From Holophagales bacterium (GTDB taxonomy: Bacteria > Acidobacteriota > Thermoanaerobaculia > Multivoradales > Multivoraceae): a DNA stretch of 64,000 nucleotides. A model generated the notes under the pieces. It searched no databases, had not been told where the DNA came from, and worked only from the letters and a program-made list of their open reading frames with translations. A program made the translations under genes and the position numbers. The stretch is from contig VXUF01000077.1 of NCBI GenBank assembly GCA_009837085.1, positions 85,144-149,143 on the forward strand, written 5' to 3'. Shown here piece after piece: positions 19,844 to 27,907 of the stretch; within the stretch, counting starts at the first letter, position 1; the number at the start of each line of letters is the position of its first letter.

Positions 19844-21469
19844 ATGCCGAACGGCAGGTTGAACGTACCCGAACCCCGTAACGAACCCGTACTCGACTAC
19901 GCGCCCGGTTCCGCCGAGCGGGCCGCCCTCGAGGCGCGGTTGAAGGAGATGCTCGGCGAGCGGGTCGAGATTCCGGTCCTTGCCGGTGGGAGCGAGATCC
20001 GCACCGGCCGCACGCAGGACGTCGTCTGCCCGCACGATCACGGTCACGTTCTCGGCACGTGCCACCAGGCCGGCGCGGCCGAGGTAGAGGCGGCCGTCGC
20101 CGCCTCTCAGGAGGCGTGGCCGGCCTGGTCCGCGATGCCGTTCGAGGAGCGGGCGGCGATCTTCCTGCGCGCGGCCGAACTGCTGGCCGGTTCATGGCGG
20201 TCGACGGTGAACGCCGCCACCATGCTGAACCAGTCGAAGACCTGCTACCAGGCAGAGATCGACTCCGCCTGCGAGTTGATCGACTTCCTGCGCTTCAACG
20301 TGGCGTTCGCGGAGGAGCTCTACGGCCAGCAGCCCGTCTCCTCGCCGGGAATCTGGAACTACGTCGAGTACCGGGCCCTCGAGGGCTTCGTGTTCGCGGT
20401 GACGCCGTTCAACTTCACCGCGATCGCAGGCAACCTGCCGACGTCGGCGGCGATCATGGGCAACACCGTGCTGTGGAAGCCGGCGTCCACGGCGCTGCTC
20501 TCGGGCTACTACCTGATGAAGCTGCTCGAGGAGGCGGGCCTGCCGCCGGGGGTCATCAACTTCGTCCCCGGTCCCGGCGCCACGGTGGGCGATCCGGTCC
20601 TGGCCAGCCGGCACCTGGCGGGCATTCACTTCACCGGCTCGACGCCCGTGTTCCAGCGCATGTGGCGGACGATCGGTGACCAGATCGAGAGCTACGACAC
20701 GTATCCGCGGATCGTCGGCGAGACCGGCGGCAAGGACTTCGTCTTCGCGCATCCGTCGGCGGACCCCGCGGCGCTCACTACGGCACTGATCCGTGGCTCC
20801 TTCGAGTACCAGGGGCAGAAGTGCTCCGCGGCTTCGCGGGCCTACGTTCCCGCTTCGCTCTGGGGCGAGGTGCGGGAGCGCCTGTGCGACGAGCTGGCGA
20901 CCGTGAGGATGGGCTCGCCGGTCGACTTCTCGAACTTCATGGCCGCGGTCATCGACCAGTCGTCCTTCAACAACATCTCCGGCTACCTCGCCGATGCGGA
21001 GAACGGAGCTCCGTACGAGGTCGTTTCCGGCGGTGGCTGCGACGATTCAACCGGCTACTTCGTGGAGCCGACCGTCGTCCGCAGCGAGGATCCGCGCTCG
21101 CGCCTGATGAGCGAGGAGATCTTCGGGCCGGTGCTCGCGTTGTACGTCTACGCGGACAACGCACTCGACGAGGCTCTCGAACTCTGCGACACGACGAGCC
21201 CGTACGCGTTGACGGGGGCCGTGTTCGCCAACGACCGGACGGCGGTCGCCAGCATCGGCGCTCGTCTGCGACATGCCGCCGGGAACTTCTACATCAACGA
21301 CAAGCCGACCGGCGCCGTCGTCGGCCAGCAGCCCTTCGGCGGCGCGCGGGCGTCGGGGACCAACGACAAGGCGGGCTCCATGGCCAACCTGCTGCGCTGG
21401 ACTTCCCAGCGGGCTGTCAAGGAGAACTTCGCTCCGCCGACGGACTACCGGTATCCGCACATGGGCTGA
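19844..21469 (+). CDS. pruA: L-glutamate gamma-semialdehyde (1-pyrroline-5-carboxylate) dehydrogenase
   Basis: 541 aa in the ALDH superfamily. It has 'VGETGGKDF', 'YQGQKCSA' (catalytic Cys) and the N-terminal 'NEPVLDYAPGS', which is typical of the long P5CDH type. Confidence 0.9.
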   Translation: MPNGRLNVPEPRNEPVLDYAPGSAERAALEARLKEMLGERVEIPVLAGGSEIRTGRTQDVVCPHDHGHVLGTCHQAGAAEVEAAVAASQEAWPAWSAMPFEERAAIFLRAAELLAGSWRSTVNAATMLNQSKTCYQAEIDSACELIDFLRFNVAFAEELYGQQPVSSPGIWNYVEYRALEGFVFAVTPFNFTAIAGNLPTSAAIMGNTVLWKPASTALLSGYYLMKLLEEAGLPPGVINFVPGPGATVGDPVLASRHLAGIHFTGSTPVFQRMWRTIGDQIESYDTYPRIVGETGGKDFVFAHPSADPAALTTALIRGSFEYQGQKCSAASRAYVPASLWGEVRERLCDELATVRMGSPVDFSNFMAAVIDQSSFNNISGYLADAENGAPYEVVSGGGCDDSTGYFVEPTVVRSEDPRSRLMSEEIFGPVLALYVYADNALDEALELCDTTSPYALTGAVFANDRTAVASIGARLRHAAGNFYINDKPTGAVVGQQPFGGARASGTNDKAGSMANLLRWTSQRAVKENFAPPTDYRYPHMG

Positions 21470-21557
21470 TACCCCTCGGGCCACTGCCCGCGGGCAGTCC
21501 AGGAGGCAGTGACTTCTTCCGCTCCGCCGACGGACTACCGGTATCCGCACATGGGCT
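21427..21557 (+). repeat. Direct duplication of the last ~40 nt of pruA (R-spacer-R)
   Basis: gctccgccgacggactaccggtatccgcacatgggct occurs exactly at 21431-21467 and again at 21521-21557. With one indel, the match extends to cttc(c)gctcc. Confidence 0.9.
21483..21498. terminator. Perfect 16-nt palindrome in the spacer between the two repeat copies (possible terminator hairpin)
   Basis: actgcccg/cgggcagt lies between convergent pruA and the reductase gene. There is no U-tract. Confidence 0.35.
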
Positions 21558-23058
21558 AGCGCAGGCGGTTCACCGCAGCCATCATCGACTCGACGTCGGT
21601 GTACTTCTCACGGACCTTGTTCTGCTCCTGTCCGAGCCGGACCTCGTCCTCGTCGAGGAGGTTCCAGTCGTCGAAGCTCACGAAGTCGACGCCGCGTTCG
21701 CGCAGCAGTTCGACGATCTTCTCGGGGCCCCTGGCGGGATCGGCCGGGGCCGTCACGCCGTCGATGTCCTCGAGCATCTTCTTGACCGTGGCCGTCGAGT
21801 CGGGGCTGTTCGTGCCAATCAAGCCGGTCGGGCCGCGCTTGGCCCAGCCGACGACGTATTGGCCCGGCACGACGTTGCCGTCCGGCTCTGTCTGCAGGCG
21901 GCCTTCGTCGTTCGGCAGGATGCCCCACCGCTCGTGGAACGGGACGCCCGGCAGGGGGACACCGCGATAGCCGACGGCCTTGAACACCAGGTCGACCTCC
22001 AGGGTTTCGGTCTCGCTGGTGCCTCGCGGCCGGGGCGTGCCGTCTTCGGCGGCGTAGAGTTCGTTCTTCTCGATCACGACCCGGCCGACCCGGCCGTCGT
22101 CGCCCGCCTGAAGGTCGATGGGCGAAACGAGGAATCGGCAGGTCACGAGGCGGTGGTCGTCGCCGGCTGCGGCTCCGGCGATCTCCGTCAGGTAGGTCAC
22201 GTTGCGGCGCGCGCTGGGCGCGGCGCTTTCCTCGAGCCAGGTACTGCTGATCTCGTCGAGGTCCATCTCCGCTTCGGACACCAGCAGGCTGACGCCTTCG
22301 AGCAATCCGATCTCCTTGATCTCCTGGGGAGAGAACGCCGCCTGCGCCGGACCCCGGCGGCCGAGCAGGATGACCTCCTCGACCCCGCTTTCCCGGAGCA
22401 CGGCGAGCGACTCGGCGGTGATGTCGGTGGGGGCGAGTTCATCCGGGCTGCGGGCCAGGACGCGGGTCACGTCCATCGCCACGTTGCCGTTGCCGACGAC
22501 CGCGACGCGCCTGGCCGAGGCCAGGTCGAAGCTGCGATCCTGGAAGTCGGGATGTCCGTTGTACCAGCCGACGAACTCGGTTGCCGAATGGACGCCGGGG
22601 AGTTCCTCGCCCGGGATCCCCATCTTGCGGTCCGACTCGTTGCCTGTCGCGTAGACGATGTGGTCGTAGTGCCTGAGAAGGTCCTCGACCGAGATATCGC
22701 GGCCGAGTTCCACGTTTCCGAAGAAGCGGAAGCGGTCATGCTGTGCGGTGCGGTTGTAGACCCGGATGACGTTCTTGATCTTCTGATGATCGGGCGCGAC
22801 ACCGCCGCGCACCAGGCCGAAGGGCGTGGGCAGGCGATCGAACAGATCGACATCGGCCTCGAGGCCGTCCGCCTTGAACAGCGCGGCGATGGCATAGAAG
22901 CCGCTGGGACCGGAGCCGATTACAGCAACCCGCAGCGGTCGTTCCTTGCTGCCGAGAGGCCAGTTTCCTGAGGTCTCGTGCACTTGTTCCTCGCCTCCGC
23001 GCCCGGCGGACGCGGTCTTCGTTCCGGTGTGGGGAATGGTCGATCGGTCGGGAATCAT
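21556..23058 (-). CDS. FprA/adrenodoxin-reductase-type NADPH:ferredoxin reductase
   Basis: It contains 'RVAVIGSGPSGFYA' (FAD GxGxxG) and 'VAVVGNGNVAMDV' (NADP). The start is uncertain. It could be the ATG at 23058, or the GTG at 22983, which has a GGAGG 10 nt upstream and would give 475 aa. Confidence 0.8.
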   Translation of the reverse strand: MIPDRSTIPHTGTKTASAGRGGEEQVHETSGNWPLGSKERPLRVAVIGSGPSGFYAIAALFKADGLEADVDLFDRLPTPFGLVRGGVAPDHQKIKNVIRVYNRTAQHDRFRFFGNVELGRDISVEDLLRHYDHIVYATGNESDRKMGIPGEELPGVHSATEFVGWYNGHPDFQDRSFDLASARRVAVVGNGNVAMDVTRVLARSPDELAPTDITAESLAVLRESGVEEVILLGRRGPAQAAFSPQEIKEIGLLEGVSLLVSEAEMDLDEISSTWLEESAAPSARRNVTYLTEIAGAAAGDDHRLVTCRFLVSPIDLQAGDDGRVGRVVIEKNELYAAEDGTPRPRGTSETETLEVDLVFKAVGYRGVPLPGVPFHERWGILPNDEGRLQTEPDGNVVPGQYVVGWAKRGPTGLIGTNSPDSTATVKKMLEDIDGVTAPADPARGPEKIVELLRERGVDFVSFDDWNLLDEDEVRLGQEQNKVREKYTDVESMMAAVNRLR

Positions 23059-23112
23059 AGCGCCGTCCAGGCCGGCGCCGTTCCAGGGTGTAGCAGGGGC
23101 GGTCGGCGGCAG

Positions 23113-23141
23113 TTGTCAACGCGGCTAAGTGTTGACATGAT
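23113..23141 (+). promoter_or_regulatory. Candidate sigma70-like promoter with 7-bp inverted repeat upstream of the repeat/barrel protein gene
   Basis: This is a locally AT-richer patch. It reads TTGTCA (23113-18), a 17-nt spacer, then CATGAT (23136-41). The arms TGTCAAC (23114-20) and GTTGACA (23131-37) form an inverted repeat. Confidence 0.3.
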
Positions 23142-23209
23142 TAGACATACGCTGCTCCGGCCCGCTCGGTCAAGCGGACCGCGGTGGGGAAACTCTGGGG
23201 GAGAATGCC

Positions 23210-25090
23210 ATGTCCCGTCGCCGTTGGCTCGCTGAGTACGCTGCCGCCCGCACTTCGCTGCGGTCGGCTCTCGTCCTGTTCCTGCTCGCAGGCCTGATCC
23301 CGGCCGCGCCGGCCGCCGCCCAGCTATGCGAGGGCGCGTCCTCGATCACGCGTCTGGGAGGCGCCAACAGGTTCTCGGCGCCGGTCGAAGACCAGGAATC
23401 CCTGCAGGCGCTGTTCGTGAGTCAACGCGAGGACATCCTCTCGCTGCTGGATGAAGCGAACTGGTCGGGCGATCCTGACGATCTCTTTGCGGCCGTGGCC
23501 GCCTGGCGGGGCGTGACCTCGACCACATTCGACCCCGGCCAGCGCGTCCAGTGGATGTTCTTCCGCGAGCGCGGCCAGACGCCGACACTCGGCACGAACC
23601 TCTGCTGGGCCGGCGGCGAGGCGTTCGCGGCCTGGGAGGTCCGCTTCAACTCGAACGGGCGCTGGTACTCGATGATCGTTCCCGAGTCCTGCGGCAACCT
23701 GGCGCTCCTCGCCGAGCAGCCGTTGCCGAAAGTGACGCTCGACCTGGACATCGGCGGCCTCTCCTGCAGCGACCGGACGTTCGACCTCCAGAGTTCCTGC
23801 GCCGACGGTGAGAGCGCCGTAACGGTCCGGATGCCGGACGGCAGCGAGCGCTCGGCGGCCTCCGGCGGCGCGTCCTTCCCGTTCACCGCCGAGGGCGACT
23901 ACACGGTCACCGCGACGTGCTCCGCGATGTCATCCCGTGGCGACCGGCTCGAGGACTCGGTCAGCAACACGATCGCCGTCGGCTGCCCGAGCTGTAGCGT
24001 GACCGCCGCGCCGGCCGAGGTCGACCTGGGCGAGTCGTCCACGTTGACGGTGGCACCGAACGCTGGCCACGGCGCGGAGGTGTCACGGGTCCTGCTTGAC
24101 GGGCGGCCGCTCGCGTCTCCGTACACCCGGGAGATGACCCACGACGGAGCCGACGCCTTTACCCATACCGTGACCGTCGAGACGAGCACCGGCCAGAGCG
24201 CGCAGTGTTCGACCGGAATGAAGGTCGCGCCGACGGTCACGATGTCGATCGAGCCCGACCGGGTGCTGGTCCGCCAGACCGGCGTCGTCACGGTGGCACC
24301 GGAGAACGGCAGCGGGGCGCCGGTGACGGTCACACTGGACGGCCAGCCGCTGGACCAGCCCTACCAGCGCGAGGTCGTTCACGCGACCGACGGCGAGTTC
24401 ACACACACGGCGATGGTGGAGAACGCCGGAGGTAGCAATGAGGCCTCCGCGACGATGAAGGTCGATCGGCGGTGGACCCTGATGCCGACCCTCAGTTCGC
24501 TGAGCGGAGACGACGTGCACATTTCGGTGCTCGGTCCGGATACGCGCGACAGGCTCAAGGCCTGCGTGGACGGAGTCGGTGTCGGGCTTGCCGCCGAGTA
24601 CCGCCTGAGCTATCCCGTGGGATTCATGTTCGGGGCGAACACGATCAACTGCGAGGTGGACTGGTGGCTGCACCCGGGCGGCCGGACCGGCTACGCCGGC
24701 GCGGACATAGAGATGAAGAAGTTCTTCGTCGGGCTGAACTTCCACCTGACCCGCCCCGGCAGCCGCGTGGACTGGTGGCTCGGTCCCGTGATCGCCCAGC
24801 TCGACTACAGCTCGCCCTCCCTCGTGCCGACGGGAATGGATGGCGCGTCGGTGGACGCCGTCTATCGTCCCGAGTGGCCCGGCGAGACAGTTCTCGGCGC
24901 CAACATGGGTCTGAAGATCCCGTTCAAGACGGATTGTCCGATCGGCCTGTATCTCGGCGCCTTCTGGTTCGACTCCTCGATGAAGGCGAAGAGCTCCGAG
25001 ATTCGCGGTGAGGACGGCGCACTCGCGCCCGCGTTCGAGCTGCGCAAGACGCCGGTCTACGTCCACGCTGGAATCTCGATCGAGTTCTGA
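23210..25090 (+). CDS. Secreted hypothetical protein: novel N-domain, tandem Ig-like repeats, C-terminal beta-barrel ending in Phe
   Basis: It has a signal peptide ending AAPAAAQ. Two ~79-aa internal repeats occupy aa ~261-339 and ~340-418. The C-terminal ~200 aa has alternating hydrophobic residues and ends '...VYVHAGISIEF'. Confidence 0.7.
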   Translation: MSRRRWLAEYAAARTSLRSALVLFLLAGLIPAAPAAAQLCEGASSITRLGGANRFSAPVEDQESLQALFVSQREDILSLLDEANWSGDPDDLFAAVAAWRGVTSTTFDPGQRVQWMFFRERGQTPTLGTNLCWAGGEAFAAWEVRFNSNGRWYSMIVPESCGNLALLAEQPLPKVTLDLDIGGLSCSDRTFDLQSSCADGESAVTVRMPDGSERSAASGGASFPFTAEGDYTVTATCSAMSSRGDRLEDSVSNTIAVGCPSCSVTAAPAEVDLGESSTLTVAPNAGHGAEVSRVLLDGRPLASPYTREMTHDGADAFTHTVTVETSTGQSAQCSTGMKVAPTVTMSIEPDRVLVRQTGVVTVAPENGSGAPVTVTLDGQPLDQPYQREVVHATDGEFTHTAMVENAGGSNEASATMKVDRRWTLMPTLSSLSGDDVHISVLGPDTRDRLKACVDGVGVGLAAEYRLSYPVGFMFGANTINCEVDWWLHPGGRTGYAGADIEMKKFFVGLNFHLTRPGSRVDWWLGPVIAQLDYSSPSLVPTGMDGASVDAVYRPEWPGETVLGANMGLKIPFKTDCPIGLYLGAFWFDSSMKAKSSEIRGEDGALAPAFELRKTPVYVHAGISIEF

Positions 25091-25132
25091 GGGTTTCCAC
25101 CAGTCCGCGGCAGAAGTCGCGCTACATTACGT

Positions 25133-25192
25133 CCGAGCGCCCGAAGACGGGCGCTCGGGCTGCGACGCTGGTGGCGCGGGCCGCGCCACCAG
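25133..25192 (+). terminator. Two consecutive perfect GC hairpins between the repeat/barrel gene and rocD
   Basis: The first is ccgagcgccc-gaagac-gggcgctcgg (10-bp stem, 25133-25158). The second is ctggtggcgcg-ggc-cgcgccaccag (11-bp stem, 25168-25192). Neither has a U-tract. Confidence 0.45.
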
Positions 25193-25213
25193 GGTTCGAG
25201 CGGGGAACCTGCC

Positions 25214-26404
25214 GTGAAGCCGACGGAACTGGAAGAAAGATACGGCGCGCGGAACTACGCGCCTCTCGACATCGTCATCGATCGCGCCGAGGGCGTCTGG
25301 GTCTGGGACATCGACGGTCGCCGCTACCTCGACTGCCTCGCCGCCTACTCGGCGGTCAACCAGGGGCATTGCCATCCGCGGATCGTTGAGGCCCTGATCC
25401 GGCAGAGCCGGAAGGTGGCGGTCACTTCGCGGGCCTTCCACAACGCCGAACTCGGGGCGTTCTTTCGGGACGTCTGCGAACTGACCGGCTTCGAGCGGGC
25501 CTTGCCGATGAACACCGGCGCCGAGGCGGTCGAGACCGCGATCAAGCTGGCCAGAAAGTGGGCCTACACGCGCAAGGGCGTGCCTCCCGGCGAGGCCGAG
25601 ATCCTGGCGTTCGCCAACAACTTCCACGGTCGCACGACGACGATCGTGGGCTTTTCGAGTGAAGCGCAGTACCGCGATGGATTCGGTCCATTCACGCCCG
25701 GTTTCGAGCTGCTGCCGTTCGGCGACGCCTCCGCGGCAAGGGCGGCGGTGGGTCTGAACACGGCGGCCGTGCTGGTCGAGCCGATCCAGGGCGAGGGCGG
25801 AATCGTGGTGCCGCCGGACGGTTTCCTTGCCGAACTGCGCGACGTGTGCAGCGAGCGGAACGCGCTTCTGATCGTCGATGAGATCCAGTCCGGCCTGGGA
25901 CGGACGGGGCGGATGTTCGCGCATGAGCACGACGGCATCCGGCCGGATGTGATGCTGCTCGGCAAGGCGCTCTCCGGGGGTCTGTATCCCGTGTCGGTGG
26001 TCGTGGCGGACGCGGAGATCATGGACGTGTTCCAGCCAGGCGACCACGGTTCTACCTACGGCGGCAATCCCGTGGGGGCGGCGGTGGCGCGCGCCGCGCT
26101 GGCGGTGCTGCAGGACGAGGGATTGGTCGAGAACTCGGCCCGGCTCGGCGAGCACGCCCTGGGGCGGCTGAGGGGCGTCCGCTCACCGCTGGTGCGCGAG
26201 GTCCGTGGGCGCGGACTGTGGATCGGAATCGAACTCCATGAATCCGCGGGCGGGGCCCGTCCGTATTGCGAGAAACTGGCGAGGCAGGGACTGCTGTGCA
26301 AGGAGACGCATGACCACGTCATCCGCTTCGCGCCGCCGCTGGTGATCGGACGGGAGGAACTGGACTGGGCGCTGGACCGCATCGAGAAAGTGCTGACGGC
26401 ATGA
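25214..26404 (+). CDS. rocD: Ornithine--oxo-acid aminotransferase
   Basis: It has a GTG start. 'YGARNYAPLDIVIDRAEGVWVWDIDGRRYLDCLAAYSAVNQGHCHP' and 'DEIQSGLGRTG' mark a class-III PLP aminotransferase of OAT type. Confidence 0.9.
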   Translation: MKPTELEERYGARNYAPLDIVIDRAEGVWVWDIDGRRYLDCLAAYSAVNQGHCHPRIVEALIRQSRKVAVTSRAFHNAELGAFFRDVCELTGFERALPMNTGAEAVETAIKLARKWAYTRKGVPPGEAEILAFANNFHGRTTTIVGFSSEAQYRDGFGPFTPGFELLPFGDASAARAAVGLNTAAVLVEPIQGEGGIVVPPDGFLAELRDVCSERNALLIVDEIQSGLGRTGRMFAHEHDGIRPDVMLLGKALSGGLYPVSVVVADAEIMDVFQPGDHGSTYGGNPVGAAVARAALAVLQDEGLVENSARLGEHALGRLRGVRSPLVREVRGRGLWIGIELHESAGGARPYCEKLARQGLLCKETHDHVIRFAPPLVIGREELDWALDRIEKVLTA

Positions 26405-26973
26405 TGGCCGGGGCCGCGAGCCCGACGCCGGTCGCGGCCTCGCCTCGGCCCGAGACCGCCGACGACCGGGTGCGGGCGATCCGCCGGCCCCATCGGAAGT
26501 TGCTGCGGTACTACTTTCTCTTCTCGCTGATCACCGGGCCGGCGTTCCCCGTCGTCTTCACGATCCTCTTCCTGCGATATCGCACGCTGTCCTATCGCTT
26601 CGACGACGTAGGCGTGACGATGAGTTGGGGCGCCGTGTTCAAGCGCGAGATCAGCCTCACCTACAGCCGCATCCAGGACATCCACGTGCAGAGCAACGCG
26701 GTCGAGCGCTGGCTCGGTCTCTCGCGCCTGCTGGTTCAGACCGCGAGCGGTTCGGCGAAGGCCGAGATGAAGATCGAAGGCCTGCTCGAGCTGTCAGCGG
26801 TCCGCAACTTCATGTACAGCCGGATGCGCGGCGCCCGGACCGCCGTGCCGGCCGCCGCCGGCGCGCTACCCGCTCCCCCTGCCGGCGACGATGCCGCCGC
26901 TCTCGCCTCGACTCTCCGGGAGATCGCCCGCGAGGTCGCGGCGATCCGGAGCGCACTGGAGCGCGGGCGATGA
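26401..26973 (+). CDS. Membrane-flanked bacterial PH-domain protein (YdbS-like, bPH_2)
   Basis: It has two TM helices followed by 'YRFDDVGVTMSWGAVFKREISLTYSRIQDIHVQSNAVERWLGLSRLLVQTA'. Its ATG overlaps the rocD stop (ATGA at 26401-26404). Confidence 0.7.
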   Translation: MMAGAASPTPVAASPRPETADDRVRAIRRPHRKLLRYYFLFSLITGPAFPVVFTILFLRYRTLSYRFDDVGVTMSWGAVFKREISLTYSRIQDIHVQSNAVERWLGLSRLLVQTASGSAKAEMKIEGLLELSAVRNFMYSRMRGARTAVPAAAGALPAPPAGDDAAALASTLREIAREVAAIRSALERGR

Positions 26974-27839
26974 CGACCGGCAGCAGCGAGGGCGCGCCCA
27001 GCGGCCGGATGCCGCCGGGCCTGAAGCGTCTGCTGCTCCGGCTGTTTCGCGTCGACGAGCGCCCGGAGCCGCCGCCCGGCTCACCGGAGTCCCTGCGCAC
27101 TTTTCGCGCCTCGCCGCGGTTCTTCTGGTACAGCCTGCTCAAGTGGGGCCTGGGACAGGCGGGCGCGCTGTTCGGCCTGGTGGTGTCCACGCTCGGCTTC
27201 CTGCCGATCGCGTTCTGGGCGGACGAGGGCTTCGAGTTCCTGGAGTTCGGACCGTGGACCGACTTCACCAGGGCGTTGGGACCGCTTCTGTTCGTCCTGT
27301 TCTTCGTCCAGTTGGTGGGGTCTCTCGCCGTGTTGCGCCTGGGCTACGAGATGCGCTGGTACATGGTCAGCGACCGGGCCCTTCGCATCCGCTACGGCAT
27401 CTACAGCGTCAGGGAGCAGACGATGACGGTCGTGAACATCCAGAACATGGCGGTCAAACGCGGGCCGTTGCAGCGCCTGTTCGGGATCGCCGACCTGGAG
27501 ATCCGTACCGCCAGCGGCGGCGATTCGGACGACGACGAGGACAGCCTGAGCCTGGGCCTGTTGCAGGGCCTGGACAACGCTGAGGAGTTGCGCAACCTGC
27601 TGCTGGCGTCGCTGCGGCAGAGCCGGGACGCTGGTTTGGGCGATCCCGACGACAATGCGGCCGGGATCGTGGTCGAGGGCGAGCGGGTCGTGGAGGCCGC
27701 CGCGACCTGGGGACGGGACGATCCCGCCAGGCCTCCTTCGTCCCGCGGTGCGGGCGACGATTCCGTTCTGGCCGCTGCCCGCCAACTGCTCGCCGAGTGC
27801 CGCGAGCTACGGGCGGCGGTCGGCCGGGCCGAGGGATGA
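26970..27839 (+). CDS. Membrane-flanked bacterial PH-domain protein (YdbT-like, bPH_2)
   Basis: It contains 'WYMVSDRALRIRYGIYSVREQTMTVVNIQNMAVKRGPLQRLFGIADLEIRTA'. Its ATG at 26970 overlaps the upstream stop (ATGA). The track ORF start at 26625 lies inside the previous gene. Confidence 0.65.
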   Translation: MTTGSSEGAPSGRMPPGLKRLLLRLFRVDERPEPPPGSPESLRTFRASPRFFWYSLLKWGLGQAGALFGLVVSTLGFLPIAFWADEGFEFLEFGPWTDFTRALGPLLFVLFFVQLVGSLAVLRLGYEMRWYMVSDRALRIRYGIYSVREQTMTVVNIQNMAVKRGPLQRLFGIADLEIRTASGGDSDDDEDSLSLGLLQGLDNAEELRNLLLASLRQSRDAGLGDPDDNAAGIVVEGERVVEAAATWGRDDPARPPSSRGAGDDSVLAAARQLLAECRELRAAVGRAEG

Positions 27840-27907
27840 GGCATTACTCGGTGCCGTAGGAGTGGCTTCCCCGCGGCCGCGCGCCGCGGTTGGCTCATAC
27901 TTCCGGC

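Noticed and set aside
21509-21559. A 16-codon mini-ORF (GTG..TAG) in the second pruA repeat copy, preceded by AGGAGG. It encodes VTSSAPPTDYRYPHMG.
   Set aside because: The SD-to-GTG spacing is only 2 nt. The peptide is simply the duplicated pruA tail. It is more parsimoniously a by-product of the duplication than a gene.
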